The position numbers and the translations under genes are program-made. From contig NW_003314277.1 of NCBI RefSeq assembly GCF_000143415.4, forward strand, positions 321,183 through 385,182: a stretch of 64,000 nt of DNA. The letters run 5' to 3'. This stretch comes from Selaginella moellendorffii (taxonomy: Eukaryota > Plantae > Lycopodiophyta). Each line of letters begins with the position of its first letter. Position 1 is the stretch's first letter. A model generated the notes under the pieces. The model was not told where the DNA came from. It saw only the letters and a list, made by a program, of their open reading frames with translations, and made no database searches. Positions 25,101 to 37,921 of the stretch are shown here, piece by piece.

Positions 25101-26765
25101 NNNNNNNNNNNNNNNNNNNNNNNNNNNNNNNNNNNNNTCGAGGTACAAAAGGCTTACACAGTGTGGCGTGAGCTGGTGGAGGCGAAACTAGTCTCGTCAC
25201 GACCAACTTCGACGCTGTATCTGAAAGCTTTCCGCGCGAGCAGCTGCGTTCCTTCAATACCAGCCTGCGAAAAGAACGCAGCCACCGTCAAGCTTCTTCC
25301 GCCTGCAAAGACGGTCATGGTTGATCAGCTAGAGCTGGAACGTCTCTTTGGAAACACTAATCCTCGTCCGTGGGTGGCGTGGTATCCAGCCAGCCAGGAG
25401 ATCAACACGCAGGAGCTATATAAAGTCTACTCCTGGCTGGGGGTCAAGACAATCTCCGAATGTGCTGAATCGGAGACGAACACGAGCTGCATGAGCCTCT
25501 CACTCGGAAGGAAACTGGTTTGGGACAAACACTCTCCGTCAAGGAGCGACAAACCATAGTGCAGGAACTGCTGCGTCTAAAGGAGGTGGAACTCGAAACG
25601 AGCCTGAAAGTTCACTGGACTCTTCGCGTTGGAGACACTACACGTCACGCGGTCTCGGAGAGGATGCTCTACTGGAACAGGGAGAGGCAGGAACTAGCCT
25701 ATGTCGACGAGGGGCAAAGGAAGAAGAGGAACACAGAGTTTGGGACCGAGTTCGCGAGGATCATAGCGGAGGGTCTGCTTTTCCACCACCGGTACTTGAT
25801 TCCAGGCATGGAGAGGCATCTGAGCATGCTGGCATTCTCTAAGTTCGACGTCATGGAGGTGGACAACATGCTCATCAAGCACAACATGCGGCTCTATAGC
25901 GAGGACGAGACGTTTCTAAAGACCAGGGTGATTGTGGATCCATCTAAAGCTGACGCTGAGAAGAACTTACATGGCGGTGAAGCAGTCGCAGAGATGGAAC
26001 CGTTTGTGCTACCGGATGTTCCTGAAACGGAGGAAGATCAGTTGGAGAGAGATTCAAGCATTTCCAAACCTCCAGCAGACTCGAGACCGACCACCATTGT
26101 CGTCGCTTCAAGTTCTTACTCTCCAGCTTTTGTCGCTGCTACTCCGAGACCACCACCTCTGGACAATCGGAAATACCTCCTGGAGCAAGCTTTCCAAGTC
26201 TTATCATCGCTGGACGAGATCAAAGACGAGGCGTGGACGATGGAGCTGCCAGACGAGGTTTTTTAACTGAGAGATGATCAGCGTGTGGCGAGAGACGTAC
26301 CTTCCAACAGTTCGGCGCCTTTTGGACTATCCACCCGAGGAAGGTTACCTCAAGCCCGGGATGAGAACTGGCATCTCTCTGGACAAGATGCTCATAGCGG
26401 CATTTCTCGACTTTCCGGGAGTGAAAGGATCGAGCCACCATCACTTGAGCGTCGTTGGAGCAGCGTGCCTCAACCTGTGCCTGGCGATGGAGCTCGTCAA
26501 GCTAGATGACAATCACCACGCCGGAGTAAACGGCGGTTACAAGCTGACGAACACCTCCCTGCTCGCGGCGTGCTTCCATGCCTGTGGGCTGGATGAATCT
26601 GTGCTGCGCAGCTCGAATTCGGCAGCCGTGAGCGACCTCGTGGCGGCGAGCGTCGCGAGAGCCCTACTGGCTGTGGGGTTTTGCGCCTACGACGATGGAT
26701 TGGGAGAAGTGAGGCGGATCTACCAGGAGGTGTTCCTCGCCGCCCTCGGCGATGATCTCGGCTGA
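22107..26765 (+). pseudogene. Sacsin/NOV-like ATPase with RNase III-like domain, copy 2 (pseudogene)
   Basis: Exons 22107-22268, 22318-22528 and 22589-26765; splicing gives ELLQ|NAEDN. Frameshifts near 22760, 25527 (deletion of about 50 bp) and 26262. Contains the N run. Confidence 0.88.
24693..25137. other. N run of 445 nt (gap or masked sequence)
   Basis: Directly visible. Confidence 0.99.
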
Positions 26766-28533
26766 AATTTTCATGCGAAATATGCTAGGCGAGAGCCCTA
26801 AAAACTCTCCCGCCCAAGTTTTCAAACACTTTCAAGAATATAGCCAGCATATTCGTTACTTTGAGCTAGACAGTCCCTGGATGAAAGATATAAGACTGAT
26901 AAGAATTTTGCCTGGAAAATGACAAGAGAGGCTCACCTGGAAACTCAGCAGCAGCATCTTCCAAACCATCTCAGTTGCTCAAAGATAGCCAAATTCAATG
27001 TCGCAGACATTGCAGTTGTACAGTTGCGAATGTAATCGATGTCTCTTGGAGGCGTTCATTTTTGTGAAGAAGGTGATAGGCAAAGAACAAAGGCAAAGGC
27101 CTGAGGGGCTGGCACTTCCAAGATGCTAGCCCAGTCATGGAATAAAGTGATTCTTGTGTGAAAGAGAGTGGCTCAGAATGCCTGTGCCGTAGCTGAATGG
27201 CCCTGCGACTTTGTTGCTACCACCCAGGATCTTGTTCCAGGTGTTGTCGAAAGTTATAGCTGGAAGAAGCACAGATTATTGCTGAGATAGTCTTTAAAAT
27301 TAGAGTTTAATGTTAGATTTTCTTGTACTTTCGGAAAAACTAAATTGATAATTTCTACTCCGCCTTTGCAGCAACCAGCTTCACAATAATTTTTTGATGA
27401 CCCTAATGGCTTTATTTTCAGAATAAAAAACTAAAGCAATAAATGGTAGCAATTTTTATGATTTCTAAAAATAAATGTTTACTCCATTATTTATACTATG
27501 TTCTAGCATTTTTTGTTTATAGAGATTATATTATTATAATTATTATATGTATGCATGTATTTATCTTTAGAATAAAAGAACTAAAGCAATATAGAGATTA
27601 TAGAGCTGTGACATTTAAATAAAATTTGAATAAATTTGACAATTATTTAATCCAGGTATATTTCTGGTTCACCAATATAATGCAATCAATGACAGTCCAT
27701 TATTAGCTATACAAGTAAGGTTTATACCAAAATTAAAGAAATTAAAATAAAATAAAAGAATAAATAAACAGAGATTATCTTTTAGAAATGCGTAAATAGT
27801 TTAGCTCCTTCTTATGTGAACATGATTCATAATTTGCACTTCATTATTTCACTTAAAGCTATGAATTTCTTAAGCTTTTCTTAATATAATATAGGTGTTT
27901 AGACATATTCAAAAGCATTTGTTCTAGATTTTTTCTAATTTTTCCATAACCACCTTTATGGAAAAAAAGAGTTAAGTTGGTATGGGAGTGGCTCATTGAC
28001 TTTCTTCTCAGCCTCAAAGTCACTACAGTTATATGGCATCCACAACATTTTTGTGATAGATCCTTGATGGAATTTATAACTTCTGTATGGGCAACCATTG
28101 TAAAAATCAACCAAATTGCATATTTTTACTTTGTGTCCAGCATTGATGATCGTCTCTGTTTCAAATTGCTTTACTTTTGTTTCGCATTGTTTCTCTTGAA
28201 TGCATATTTGTTTGCTTTTCTGCTTGCCTGCACTTCATTCCAGTTTGATCCAGTGCACTTGCCCTAGGCCACAAACGAATGGCGTTGCTCAGGCCTTTTG
28301 GCATGGTGGGCTAGCGGATTTCAGATTGGAATGGAGTAATTTTTCATTCTTTTCGGCTGATTTTCTTTATCATTTTTGTATTCTTGTCATTTCGCTTCAA
28401 ACTCAGGTGAGACTTCTTTTTTATCATCGTGAGAAACTAGCTTTTCGAAAATGATACGTCCAAAAATTTTCATATTCGATACTTAGTTAGAAATCTTGTT
28501 AGCAGAGTAATCAATCTTAGCCAGTATTTCTTA

Positions 28534-29733
28534 TCATTTATACCAGCCTGCCATTAAAAATCTCAAGAGGAAACAAAATCCAGAACACAGTCCCTGAATG
28601 AAACATATAAAAGACTAATTGCCTTGGATCAAATGAGAAATTCACCTGGAAAATCAGCAGCCGGATACACAGTTGCTGCTCAGTGCATCTTCCAAACCAT
28701 CTCAAGAACAAGTTAACCAGATTCATATCCTTACTGCCGGTTAAAAGCCCCGTTTTCGGCTCAAAGCTACATCACAAAAGGTTTACAAGTTAGCGAAAGA
28801 CAAAGCTGTCTTTACCTTGGTAATCGATGTCTCGGACATGGCACCCATTTGAAGAGCTGCGAGGCAAGTTACTTAGCACAAAAACCGAAAGATTATATGG
28901 CTAACTTACCTGTGGAATGGAGTAAACAAAGTTAATAATCTGTGCTAAGAAGAAAAGCAAAAGAGTCTCGCTAAAATGGCCGAGGATGCCCGCTACAGCC
29001 ATTGTCATCCCGGCAAAATACGTGTAAGTGTCTCCAACAAAGACCGATGATGGATACCTGTGGAAGAGAGAACTGCAGTCTTAAGACTTAAAGAGATATC
29101 AAAATGTTTACCAGTTATAACAAAGCAGCCCAAGCGACGCTCCAACAAGCAGTTGTGTGAGATAAATTGAGAAGGCGTGTGCTTGCTGGTAATCAGCGTC
29201 TGAGCTACTCACGATTTGCATCATGTTGTGAATCAAAATCTGTAAAACATCATGTTCTGGTCACAGAAAAAGAACAAAGAAAAGAAAGAACAATGCGCAT
29301 ACCGCAGAAGATATCACAAGAGTTTGCCCAACGTCCAGTCCATTCACGCCGGCGAGAATGTTGACAGCGTTGGTGCAAAACACGGCTAACAGGCCCATGT
29401 AAACTTTGTATAGCACGCCTAACAAGTGTAAAAGCTGTTCAAGAACAAATCGAACCAAAAGAAAAGAAGAAAAATCTTACCCAAGTCGAGCACCTCCATT
29501 TCGAGGTAGGCTCGAAGAGGTTTCGGAATAACAATTGTCGTGTGCCCTGCGTATGCCATCAGTAAGGGAAGAGCAGCGAAAGAAGGAAGCAAAAGTTTCC
29601 TGAGAGCAAAAGAAACACTCGAATTTGTTTCGCGAGGAGATCATGAAACTTACACGCGCCATGGGACGTCGAGGACGTCGTCCACAAAGCCGAGAAGAAT
29701 CATAAATAGTATAGATGTGGGAGCCGCATTGTA
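28534..29733 (-). pseudogene. 5'-truncated GPT/ALG7 duplicate lacking exons 1-2
   Basis: Collinear with 49064-50267, including introns and the ..AGWYK* end. Breaks at ccgcattgta. Confidence 0.9.
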
Positions 29734-31374
29734 AAATCGAGGAAAATCCAGCTGACGCTTCTAGGATGCGGGGGCGTCGGGCGCCAGCTCCTCCGCCACA
29801 TTGTCTCCACTCGTAAACTACACCAGATTTCTCTCTTTGAATCAAATGCCCAGGGCTTGCGAGTCGCTGTGATGGCTGTAGTGGATTCCAAATCCATCTT
29901 TTTGGGTGAGAAAAACGAAGAACTGGACGACGCTGCTCTTCTGGAAATTTGTCTTGCGAAGGAAAAGAACAATCAAATGCCCGGTACATGTCTGTTTTTA
30001 TTTGCCTTTTCTTTAAACGATGAAAGCTCAGCTGGATTGAATGCGCGAGCCGTTCGCGAAGAAGATTTTGATGCAACTCTAGCAGCTGCGATAAGAACCA
30101 TCACAGAAGAAACTGGTAAAACTTTCCTTTGAGCTTTTTTGATGGATGATCATACAACTTTTTTTCTTGTTTATCCTATGGTTGTAGCTGACTGTACCGC
30201 GAGTATAAAAATTGGACAAGCACTTGCAGAGATGGCGGACTTGGATTGCTGCATTGTTCTTGCGAACAAGAAGCCTCTCACCAGCTCGTTTGTAAGATCG
30301 TTCTTTTTTTGTTTCTTCTTTCTTCCTTGACCCATGGCCGCAGAAAGTTTACGATAGGATTGCGGCACTGAATCGACGTTATCGCTGTGAATCAACAGTT
30401 GAGCAAAAACTATTTGTACGTACATTTTACAAACATTTCTCAAGCAGGTCGGTGCTGCTATGCCAGTCATAGCAACTTTGAACCGTCTGCTAAATTCCGG
30501 AGATTCGATCAAGAAAATTGTTGGTGCTCTCAGTGGTTTGTCCTTTCATTCTCATAAAAAATTTGCCACTTCTAACGTCCTTCTAACGTTCTAACCTTTG
30601 TCAGGCACTCTTGGCTTTGTAATGAGTCGGTTGGAGTATGGTGAATCGTTTAGTGATATTGTGAGACAAGCGAAAGAGCTTGGTTACACCGAGCCAGGTA
30701 GCTATCTTTCTTCATGTAGTTTATTCTTACGCTTTCAGACCCTCGTGACGATCTTGGCGGTATGGACGTAGCAAGGAAGGTGAAACCACTTGCTACTATC
30801 CCGTGAATGCAACATGACTTCTTTCATTTTTTATATAATGGCTCGACTAATGGGATGGAGAATAAACTTAGAGGATGTGGAGGTACTCACTCTCTTTGGT
30901 TGGATTCCTCTTAGTGACGTGCTGCTTAAAGGTTGAGTGCTTACATCCGCCAAGTCTGGCTCCCAAACTGATGAGCACCACGCAATTTCTAAACGAAGGA
31001 CTAGCCGAACTCGACTTGCCAATGAGAAACCGTGTGAAAGAAGCAGCTGCTAGGGGTTGTGTTCTACGATATGTAAAACTTTCAGTAAGTCAATCCGCCT
31101 GAGCTTACCAAAAACCTGTCCTTTGCTTACAGTTGCAAAGTGGGAATTGTAGAGCAGCCTCAGCAGTCCGCTCTCGGTCAGCTGCATGGAAGCGATAATC
31201 TGGTAATTGTATAGAGCTTGTGCGTTTCCTGAAACTTTGTTCTTGCAGGTCGAGATTTTCACGCGCTGTTATTCGACTTCGCCTCTTGTTATTAAGGGAG
31301 CCGGGGCAGGCAATGATACTACAGCCGCTGGTGTGTTAGCGGACGTTTTGGACCTCCAAGACTATTTTGGCTAG
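29734..31374 (+). pseudogene. Stand-alone homoserine dehydrogenase, multi-exon, lacking a start codon (probable pseudogene)
   Basis: Rossmann GCGGVG, ANKKPL, CEST-VGA, GYTEPDPRDDLGGMDVARK, and C-terminal GAGAGNDTTAAGVLADVLDLQDYFG*. No ATG before the Rossmann motif. A splice acceptor near 30178 is deleted relative to the 21 kb copy. Confidence 0.85.
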
Positions 31375-31730
31375 GTATCGGACTCCAGAACACGCACTAA
31401 CACCGAACATCGTGGGATGCAGCCGACATTGTACCATGGACAGGGATTGGAATAAAACAGACGTAAAGACAGAATCACATCTGCCGCCCATATTTACTTT
31501 GGGAGGGACTTTAGGCTCTAATGGAATACTGAGTTGGCCTCAAATAAAGAATTCAGCGAATAAAGCCTCAAGCGTGATCGCAAGTCACACCATCTATATA
31601 AAAAATGCCAGTGAACCGTAATGAAAGCGGGCGGGAGGCGGTTTAGGAGATAAAACACTTTTTAATAAGCCTTCCTATGCTTGCTTCATATAAGGGAGAG
31701 AACGTAGGAGACACATTTCTGCACAGCGAA

Positions 31731-34700
31731 ATGTCGTCCCAGCGAATGTTTATCGAGCGCCTGCGTCGCGAGCGCTTTGGAATCGGCCAGTCCGGTCCCA
31801 ATCCTCTCGCTCCCATGCTCCAGGAGACGATCAGGCTCCTCTCGGCCGAGCTCTACCAGAAGGACATCCATTTCCTGTCCGAACTCCTCCAGGTACTTTG
31901 CTCGAACTTGGTTCTGTCCCTGACAAACATGAGCGTCTTAGAACGCTGAGGACAACACTTACCATTCGTCCGTGGAGCCGAGCATCGAAATCTATCTCAC
32001 AAAGACCGACGTCACTGGCACTGGAGCAGCTGCCACGCTGCTGCTCTTGAACAACGAAGTTGGTTTCTCGGAAAAGAATATAGAGTCCTTGTGCGGCTCT
32101 GGTCAGTCCACAAAGAAAGGAAAGAAGTCTCAAGGATACATTGGCGAGAAAGGTGAGATAATTCTTTCTTACCTCTCTCTAGCCGTGGTAACGTCTCTTG
32201 CTCTACAGGAATTGGGTTTAAGAGCGTTTTTCTCGTCACCAAGCAGCCATATATAATCAGCAATGGCTTTCGTATTCGTTTCGACGAAGAGCCCCACAAC
32301 GAGGCCAAGCTCGGGTATATTGTCCCGGAATGGGTCGACCGTCCTACAGACGCTGTGCTGCAGAAGGTCTGTAGCAAGGCCGAGCTTCCTGCAACGGTGA
32401 TCATCCTTCCCTTGCGTCAGGAAAAGATTTCGGAGGTGGCAAAGCAGCTTACTCAAATCCCAGCGGAGACGCTCCTCTTCCTATCGAAGATACGCATGCT
32501 CTCCATCTACGATCAGCAGTCGCGGCCTCCCACGGAACTGGTTCTCTCCAGATCTGTGGAGATGACAACGTCAAAGAATGAAAGCGTGGAAACGAGCACA
32601 ACTTTTCTCACAGCTAGTAACGGACGGAATGGCACTCAGCACAGCAACTACTACATGTTTAAGCAGACTTTGAAAGTACCTGAGGAGGCCAAGGTTGAAA
32701 ACCGAAAAGATGTCGATAGCTGGACGATCACTCTAGCCTTTCCGGTGGATGATCGTATCTCGAGCAGCTGCAGCATTGGCGATATCTTCTCGTTCCTGCC
32801 TTCCGATATCCACTCGGGCCTGCCGTTTCTTATCAACTCGGACTTTTTGCTCGTTTCCTCCCGTGAGACGCTCCTCTTTGACAGCCCCTGGAACCAGGGG
32901 ATCTTTCGCTGTGTTCCCGAGGTTTTCTACAACGCCTTCGAGCTTCTCCTCAACACCACGGCGTTTGGACTGCAGAGTATACCGTCAGTAGCACGCATGG
33001 CAATGTACAAGTACGTACCTGTGAATGCTTGCCGCAACTCGTACCTCGAGAGAGTCCGCAACGATATCTTGTCCAAGCTGAAGGACAACAACGTCATTCT
33101 TTGCGCCTCGGACGTCGGCCGTGCACCACCGAGCGGGCAGCTTTGCAAGCCTGCTCTTGCGAGAAAAATCGTCCCCAGCTTCCGAGAGCTCCTCAAAGCC
33201 GCACCGAAGTGTCCCAGGTTCTTGCGAGGAAGTCCCTCGTACATAGTGGACAGCACGCTGCAGGAGAACTACGTCTCGGTGCTGAGACTCCTGGGAGTCC
33301 CAGATATGAGCAACGATGAATATCACCAAAGCCTCGACTCTGAAGACTGGATGAAATCGCTCCCTGACGATGCATATGTCAAGCTGCTGGTGTTCCTGTC
33401 CTCCAAGTCGTCAACTTTGAGATCCCTCAAGTTTCTCAAGTATCGAGGCTCCGATGGTCGACTCCAGTTGGCAAGCATGGATGATCTCGCGCGAAACGAT
33501 GGCAGATCCATATACTGGGATTCTGGTCATAGAGCTACCGCTTGGCTCGCTGGTTGGACAGAGGTGTTTCAACGTTGGCTAACTTTCAACTTCGTTCCAT
33601 CGGCCTGCGCTGCAAAAATCCGGCAGCACTCGGTGTTAGAGAACTGGTTGGAGAGAACCCCCTTCAGCGTGAGCGAACTGACAGCATGCTCACTCGCTCG
33701 TCAGGTTCTCGGAGCAGTCACTGCGAACTCCTCAGATGCAAAGCTTGCTGTTCTAGCGATGCACTTCCTGTTCGACCTGTACAGAAACGACCGCAGCTCG
33801 TACACATCCATCAGCAACCAAAAGCATAATGTACCAATCGTCGAGAATGACGGAGCCGTGAGTCCCTATGTTGCGAGTTATGTTTCAACGCGTCCATTGT
33901 TGCTACCGGCGGCTTGTGGAGCGAAGTGGCCGCTCTTGCTCCCGTCTGACGTGTGGAGACGCGGCGTTCAAAAATTGTCAGAAGAGTATATGGAGTCAGC
34001 AACGGTCGATCTCTCCGACTCCGACGTGCGAACCGAGTTTGTGAATTTTCTGAAGGAGCAGTTCCTGGCTACGGACATCCCCGCCTTTGATCCGGTGGAC
34101 GAGGCCCTTCCTCCGCATTATGTTGGTAACGTCGCAGCGAGCTCGTTGTTACTGAAGTGGATTAAATCCAGGCACTGCAATGCACCCGCTTTCACTTCCA
34201 GTATTAAGACTACCAAGTGGTTGAAGACGAGCCACGGATACTGCTGCCCAACCGTTGCATTCCTGCCGGTGCCTGAGCTGCTTAAGGTCTTGAAAGTCGA
34301 GGATGTTCCGTTCGTGGACAAGGACTGGATGCCATTGGAGGAGTATAAGAACGAGTTCCGAAGCCTGGGAGTGGCTTGCGAGCCCGGCATGGGATATGCA
34401 ACTGTCCTCCGCTGTCTCGACAATATGCAGAAGCTTCCTGCTCCGCAAGTCGACACGGCTAAAGTGGTCAGATTTTATCAGTACCTCTCCCGCTGCGCTG
34501 AACAAGAAGTATGGAGGGACGTTGACACGATCTGGGTGCCGCAGAGCGAAGGCCGTGCAGCAACCTGGAAGAAAAAGGAAGAATGCGTCATTCACGACGT
34601 TGAGGGCTTGTTTGAAGAACTCGGTGTTGTACCCCTGGATAGCTGCTACGAGCGGGTCATGCAAGACATCCTTCAGAAGAGGTTTGATGTTTGTAAGAAG

Positions 34701-36446
34701 CCTTCGATCATCAAGTTCTGCGAGCTCTGGCACAGGTGGTCGTCTAAAGGAAAAGATGTCGAGGTACAAAAGGCTTACACAGTGTGGCGTGAGCTGGTGG
34801 AGGCGAAGCTAGTCTCGTCACGACCAACTTCGACGCCGTATCTGAAAGTTTTCCGCGCGAGCAGCTGCGTTCCTTCAATACCAGCCTGCGAAAAGAACGC
34901 AGCCACCGTCAAGCTTCTTCCACCTGCAAAGACGGTCATGGTTGATCAGCTAGAGCTGGAACATCTCTTTGGAAACACTAATCCTCGTCCGTGGGTGGCG
35001 TGGTATCCAACCAGCCAGGAGATCAAAACGCAGGAGCTATATTAAGTCTACTCCTGGCTGGGGGTCAAGACAATCTCTGAATGTGCTGAATCGGAGACGG
35101 ACACGAGCTGCATGAGCCTCTCACTCGGAAGGAAACTGGTTTGGGACGAAGGATACATCCACCTGGGACTGCTTAGAGCAATACTCGGGTATCTGGCTCT
35201 ATCACTCTCCGTCAAGGAGCGACAAACCATATTGCAGGAACTGCTGCGTCTAAAGGAGGTGGAACTCGAAACGGGCCTGAAAGTTCACTGGACTCTTCGC
35301 GTTGGAGACACTACGCGCCACGCGGTCTCGGAGAGGATGCTCTACTGGAACAGAGAGAGGCAGGAACTAGCCTATGTCGACGAGGAGCAAAGGAAGAAGA
35401 GGAACACAGAGTTTGGGACCGAGTTCGCGAGGACCATAGCGGAGGGTCTGCTTTTCCACCACCGGGACTTGATTCCAGGCATGGAGAGGCATCTGAGCAT
35501 GCTGGCATTCTCTAAGTTCGACGTCATGGAGGTGGACAACATGCTCATCAAGCACAACATGCGGCTCTATAGCGAGGACGAGACGTTTCTAAAGACCGGG
35601 GTGATTGTGGATCCATCTAAAGCTGACGCTGAGAAGAACTTACATGGTGGTGAAGCAGTCGCAGAGATGGAACCGTTTGTGCTACCGGATGTTCCTGAAA
35701 CGGAGGAAGATCAGCTGGAGAGAGATTCAAGAATTTCCGAACGTCCAGCAGACTCGAGATCCACCACCATTGTCGTCGCTTCAAGTTCTTACTCGCCAGC
35801 TTTTGCCGCTGCTACTCCGAGACCACCACCTCTGGACAATCGGAAATACCTCCTGGAGCAAGCTTTCCAAGTCTTGTCATCGCTGGACGAGATCAAAGAC
35901 GAGACGTGGACGATGGAGCTGCCAGACGAGGTTTTCAACTCAGAGAAGATCAGCGCGTGGCGAGAGACGTACCTTCCAACAGTTCGTCGCCTTTTGGACT
36001 ATCCCCCTGAGGAAGGCTACCTCAAGCCCGGGATGAGGACTGGCATCTCTCTGGACAAGATGCTTACAGCGGCATTTCTCGACGCTGGAAACTTTCCGGG
36101 AGTGAAAGGATCAAGCCACCATCACTTGAGCTTCGTTGGAGCAGCGTGCCTCAACCTGTGCCTGGCGATGGAGCTCGTCAAGCTAGATGACAATCACCAC
36201 GGCGGGGTAAACGGCGCTTACAAGCTGACGAACACCTCCCTGCTCGCGGCGTGCTTCCATGCCTGTGGGCTGGATGAATCTGTGCTGCGCAGCTCGAATT
36301 CAGCAGCCATGAGCGACCTCGTGGCGGCGAGCGTCGCGAGAGCCCTACTGGCTGTGGGGTTTTGCGCCTACGACGATGGATTGGGAGAAGTGAGGCGGAT
36401 CTACCAGGAGGTGTTCCTCGCCGCCCTCGGCGATGCTCTCGGCTGA
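31731..36446 (+). pseudogene. Sacsin/NOV-like ATPase with RNase III-like domain, copy 3 (single nonsense codon)
   Basis: Exons 31731-31892, 31942-32152 and 32209-36446. GAA>TAA at 35043-35045; otherwise in frame. Confidence 0.88.
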
Positions 36447-36968
36447 AATTTTCATGGTAGGCCAAAACGTGATACAAGAAAAAACTCTCCCGCCCAAGTT
36501 TTCAAATACTTTCTAAGAATATAGCTAGCATATTCGTTACTTCCGGCGCAAAAAGACAAAGATCTAGTTGCCCTAGACTATGCTATGCCACCTTTTAAAG
36601 TTCCTCACCACCCAATTACCCCCGAGCTACCTCAAAAGCTCCTCTGCGCCGCTGCTCCACTGTGAGCCCTAGGGTAGGTTAAGTCCCATAAGACTGATAA
36701 GAATTTTGCCTGGATCAAATGACGAGAGAGGCTCACCTGGAAACTCAGCAGCCTAATACACAGTTCCAGCATCTTCCAAACCATCTCAGTTTCTCAAAGA
36801 TAGCCAAATTCAATGTCGCAGACATTGCAGTTGTACAGCTGCGAATGTAATCGATGTCACTTAGAGGCATTCATTTTTGTGAAGAAGGTGATAGGCAAAG
36901 AACAAAGGCAAAGGCCTGAGGAGCTGGCATTTCCAAGATGCTAGCCCAGTCATGGAATAAAGTGATTC

Positions 36969-37921
36969 TTGTGTGAAAGAGAGGCTCAGAATGCGTACGC
37001 GAGAAACGGCCTGGTCGACGAGGCCAGCGAGATAGTCCAGAGCGTCCCAGCCTCGGATTCCATTGCCGCAAATGCGGTTCTAGCAGCATTCGCTCGCGCA
37101 GGGAATGTGGCTGCAGCGAAGGAGCTGTTCGATTCCATGCCCGCCAGGACTTCCGGGAGCTGGAACTCGCTCGCGCAGGGCAGGGCATCTTGCCGAGTGC
37201 GTCAAGGCCGCCAACTTGATGCCACGCGGGGGACGTGGGTGGACATGATCAGGGCGTACGGAGAGCACGGCATGGTGGCGGAGGCCCGTACAGCCTTCGA
37301 CAATTTGCCCCGGGTGACTGTCGACGCATGCAACACCCTGATTGTGGCGTATGCCCGTAACGGGCATCTGGTTGAGGCAAAGGAGCTGTTCGACGCGATG
37401 CTGGTGAGGAGCACCGTCACCTGGGCGTCCATCATGGAGGCGTGCACCATGAGCAACCTCGCGGGGCAAGCGCTGGAGATTTTTCACTTGGAGAATTGCT
37501 CGGGGCAGCTGATGCTGGATCGGGTGGTCTTCTCGGCGGTTCTTAGCGCGCATTCTTGGCTCGGGTGCCTAGACGATGCGGCGGGGATCATCCGCGACAT
37601 GGCCTCAGACTACGCCATCCGGCCGAGTGTGGAGCACTACTGCGCGATCCTGGCGATGCTGACGAGCCGATCAGAGCTGGGAGATGCTGAGGATCTTGCA
37701 GCAAGCATGCCGTTCGTGGCCTCGGCCTCGGCGTGCTGCTCCTCGACGTGTGTAAGATCCGTCGGGACAGCGCCCGGGCAAGGCGAGTGGCGGAGGAGAT
37801 AGTCAAGCTGAATCCCAGCGGTCGCGCAGAGCCATTCATGGTAGTGGCGGGCCTCTACTTCCGCGAAGAGGCCGTGGATCTCATGCTGGAGAAAGGGCCG
37901 GTCAAGATGTTGACCTTTTGA
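36969..37921 (+). pseudogene. PLS-class PPR (E-type) pseudogene
   Basis: AYARNGHLVEAKELFDAM motifs and PSVEHYC..AEDLAASMPF. Frameshift near 37737 into the E domain (LLDVCKIRRD..RVAEEIVKLNP). 5' end truncated. Confidence 0.8.

Noticed and set aside
24528-25257. ORFs spanning the N run
   Set aside because: They are open only because of the Ns.
19911-31400. Helitron or Pack-MULE capture of the GPT and HSDH fragments
   Set aside because: No TIRs, TSDs or convincing Helitron termini were seen. Tandem duplication breakpoints explain the fragments.
1-36446. Bacterial contamination or a prokaryotic defence operon
   Set aside because: The genes have spliceosomal introns and sit among plant LTR elements and plant genes.
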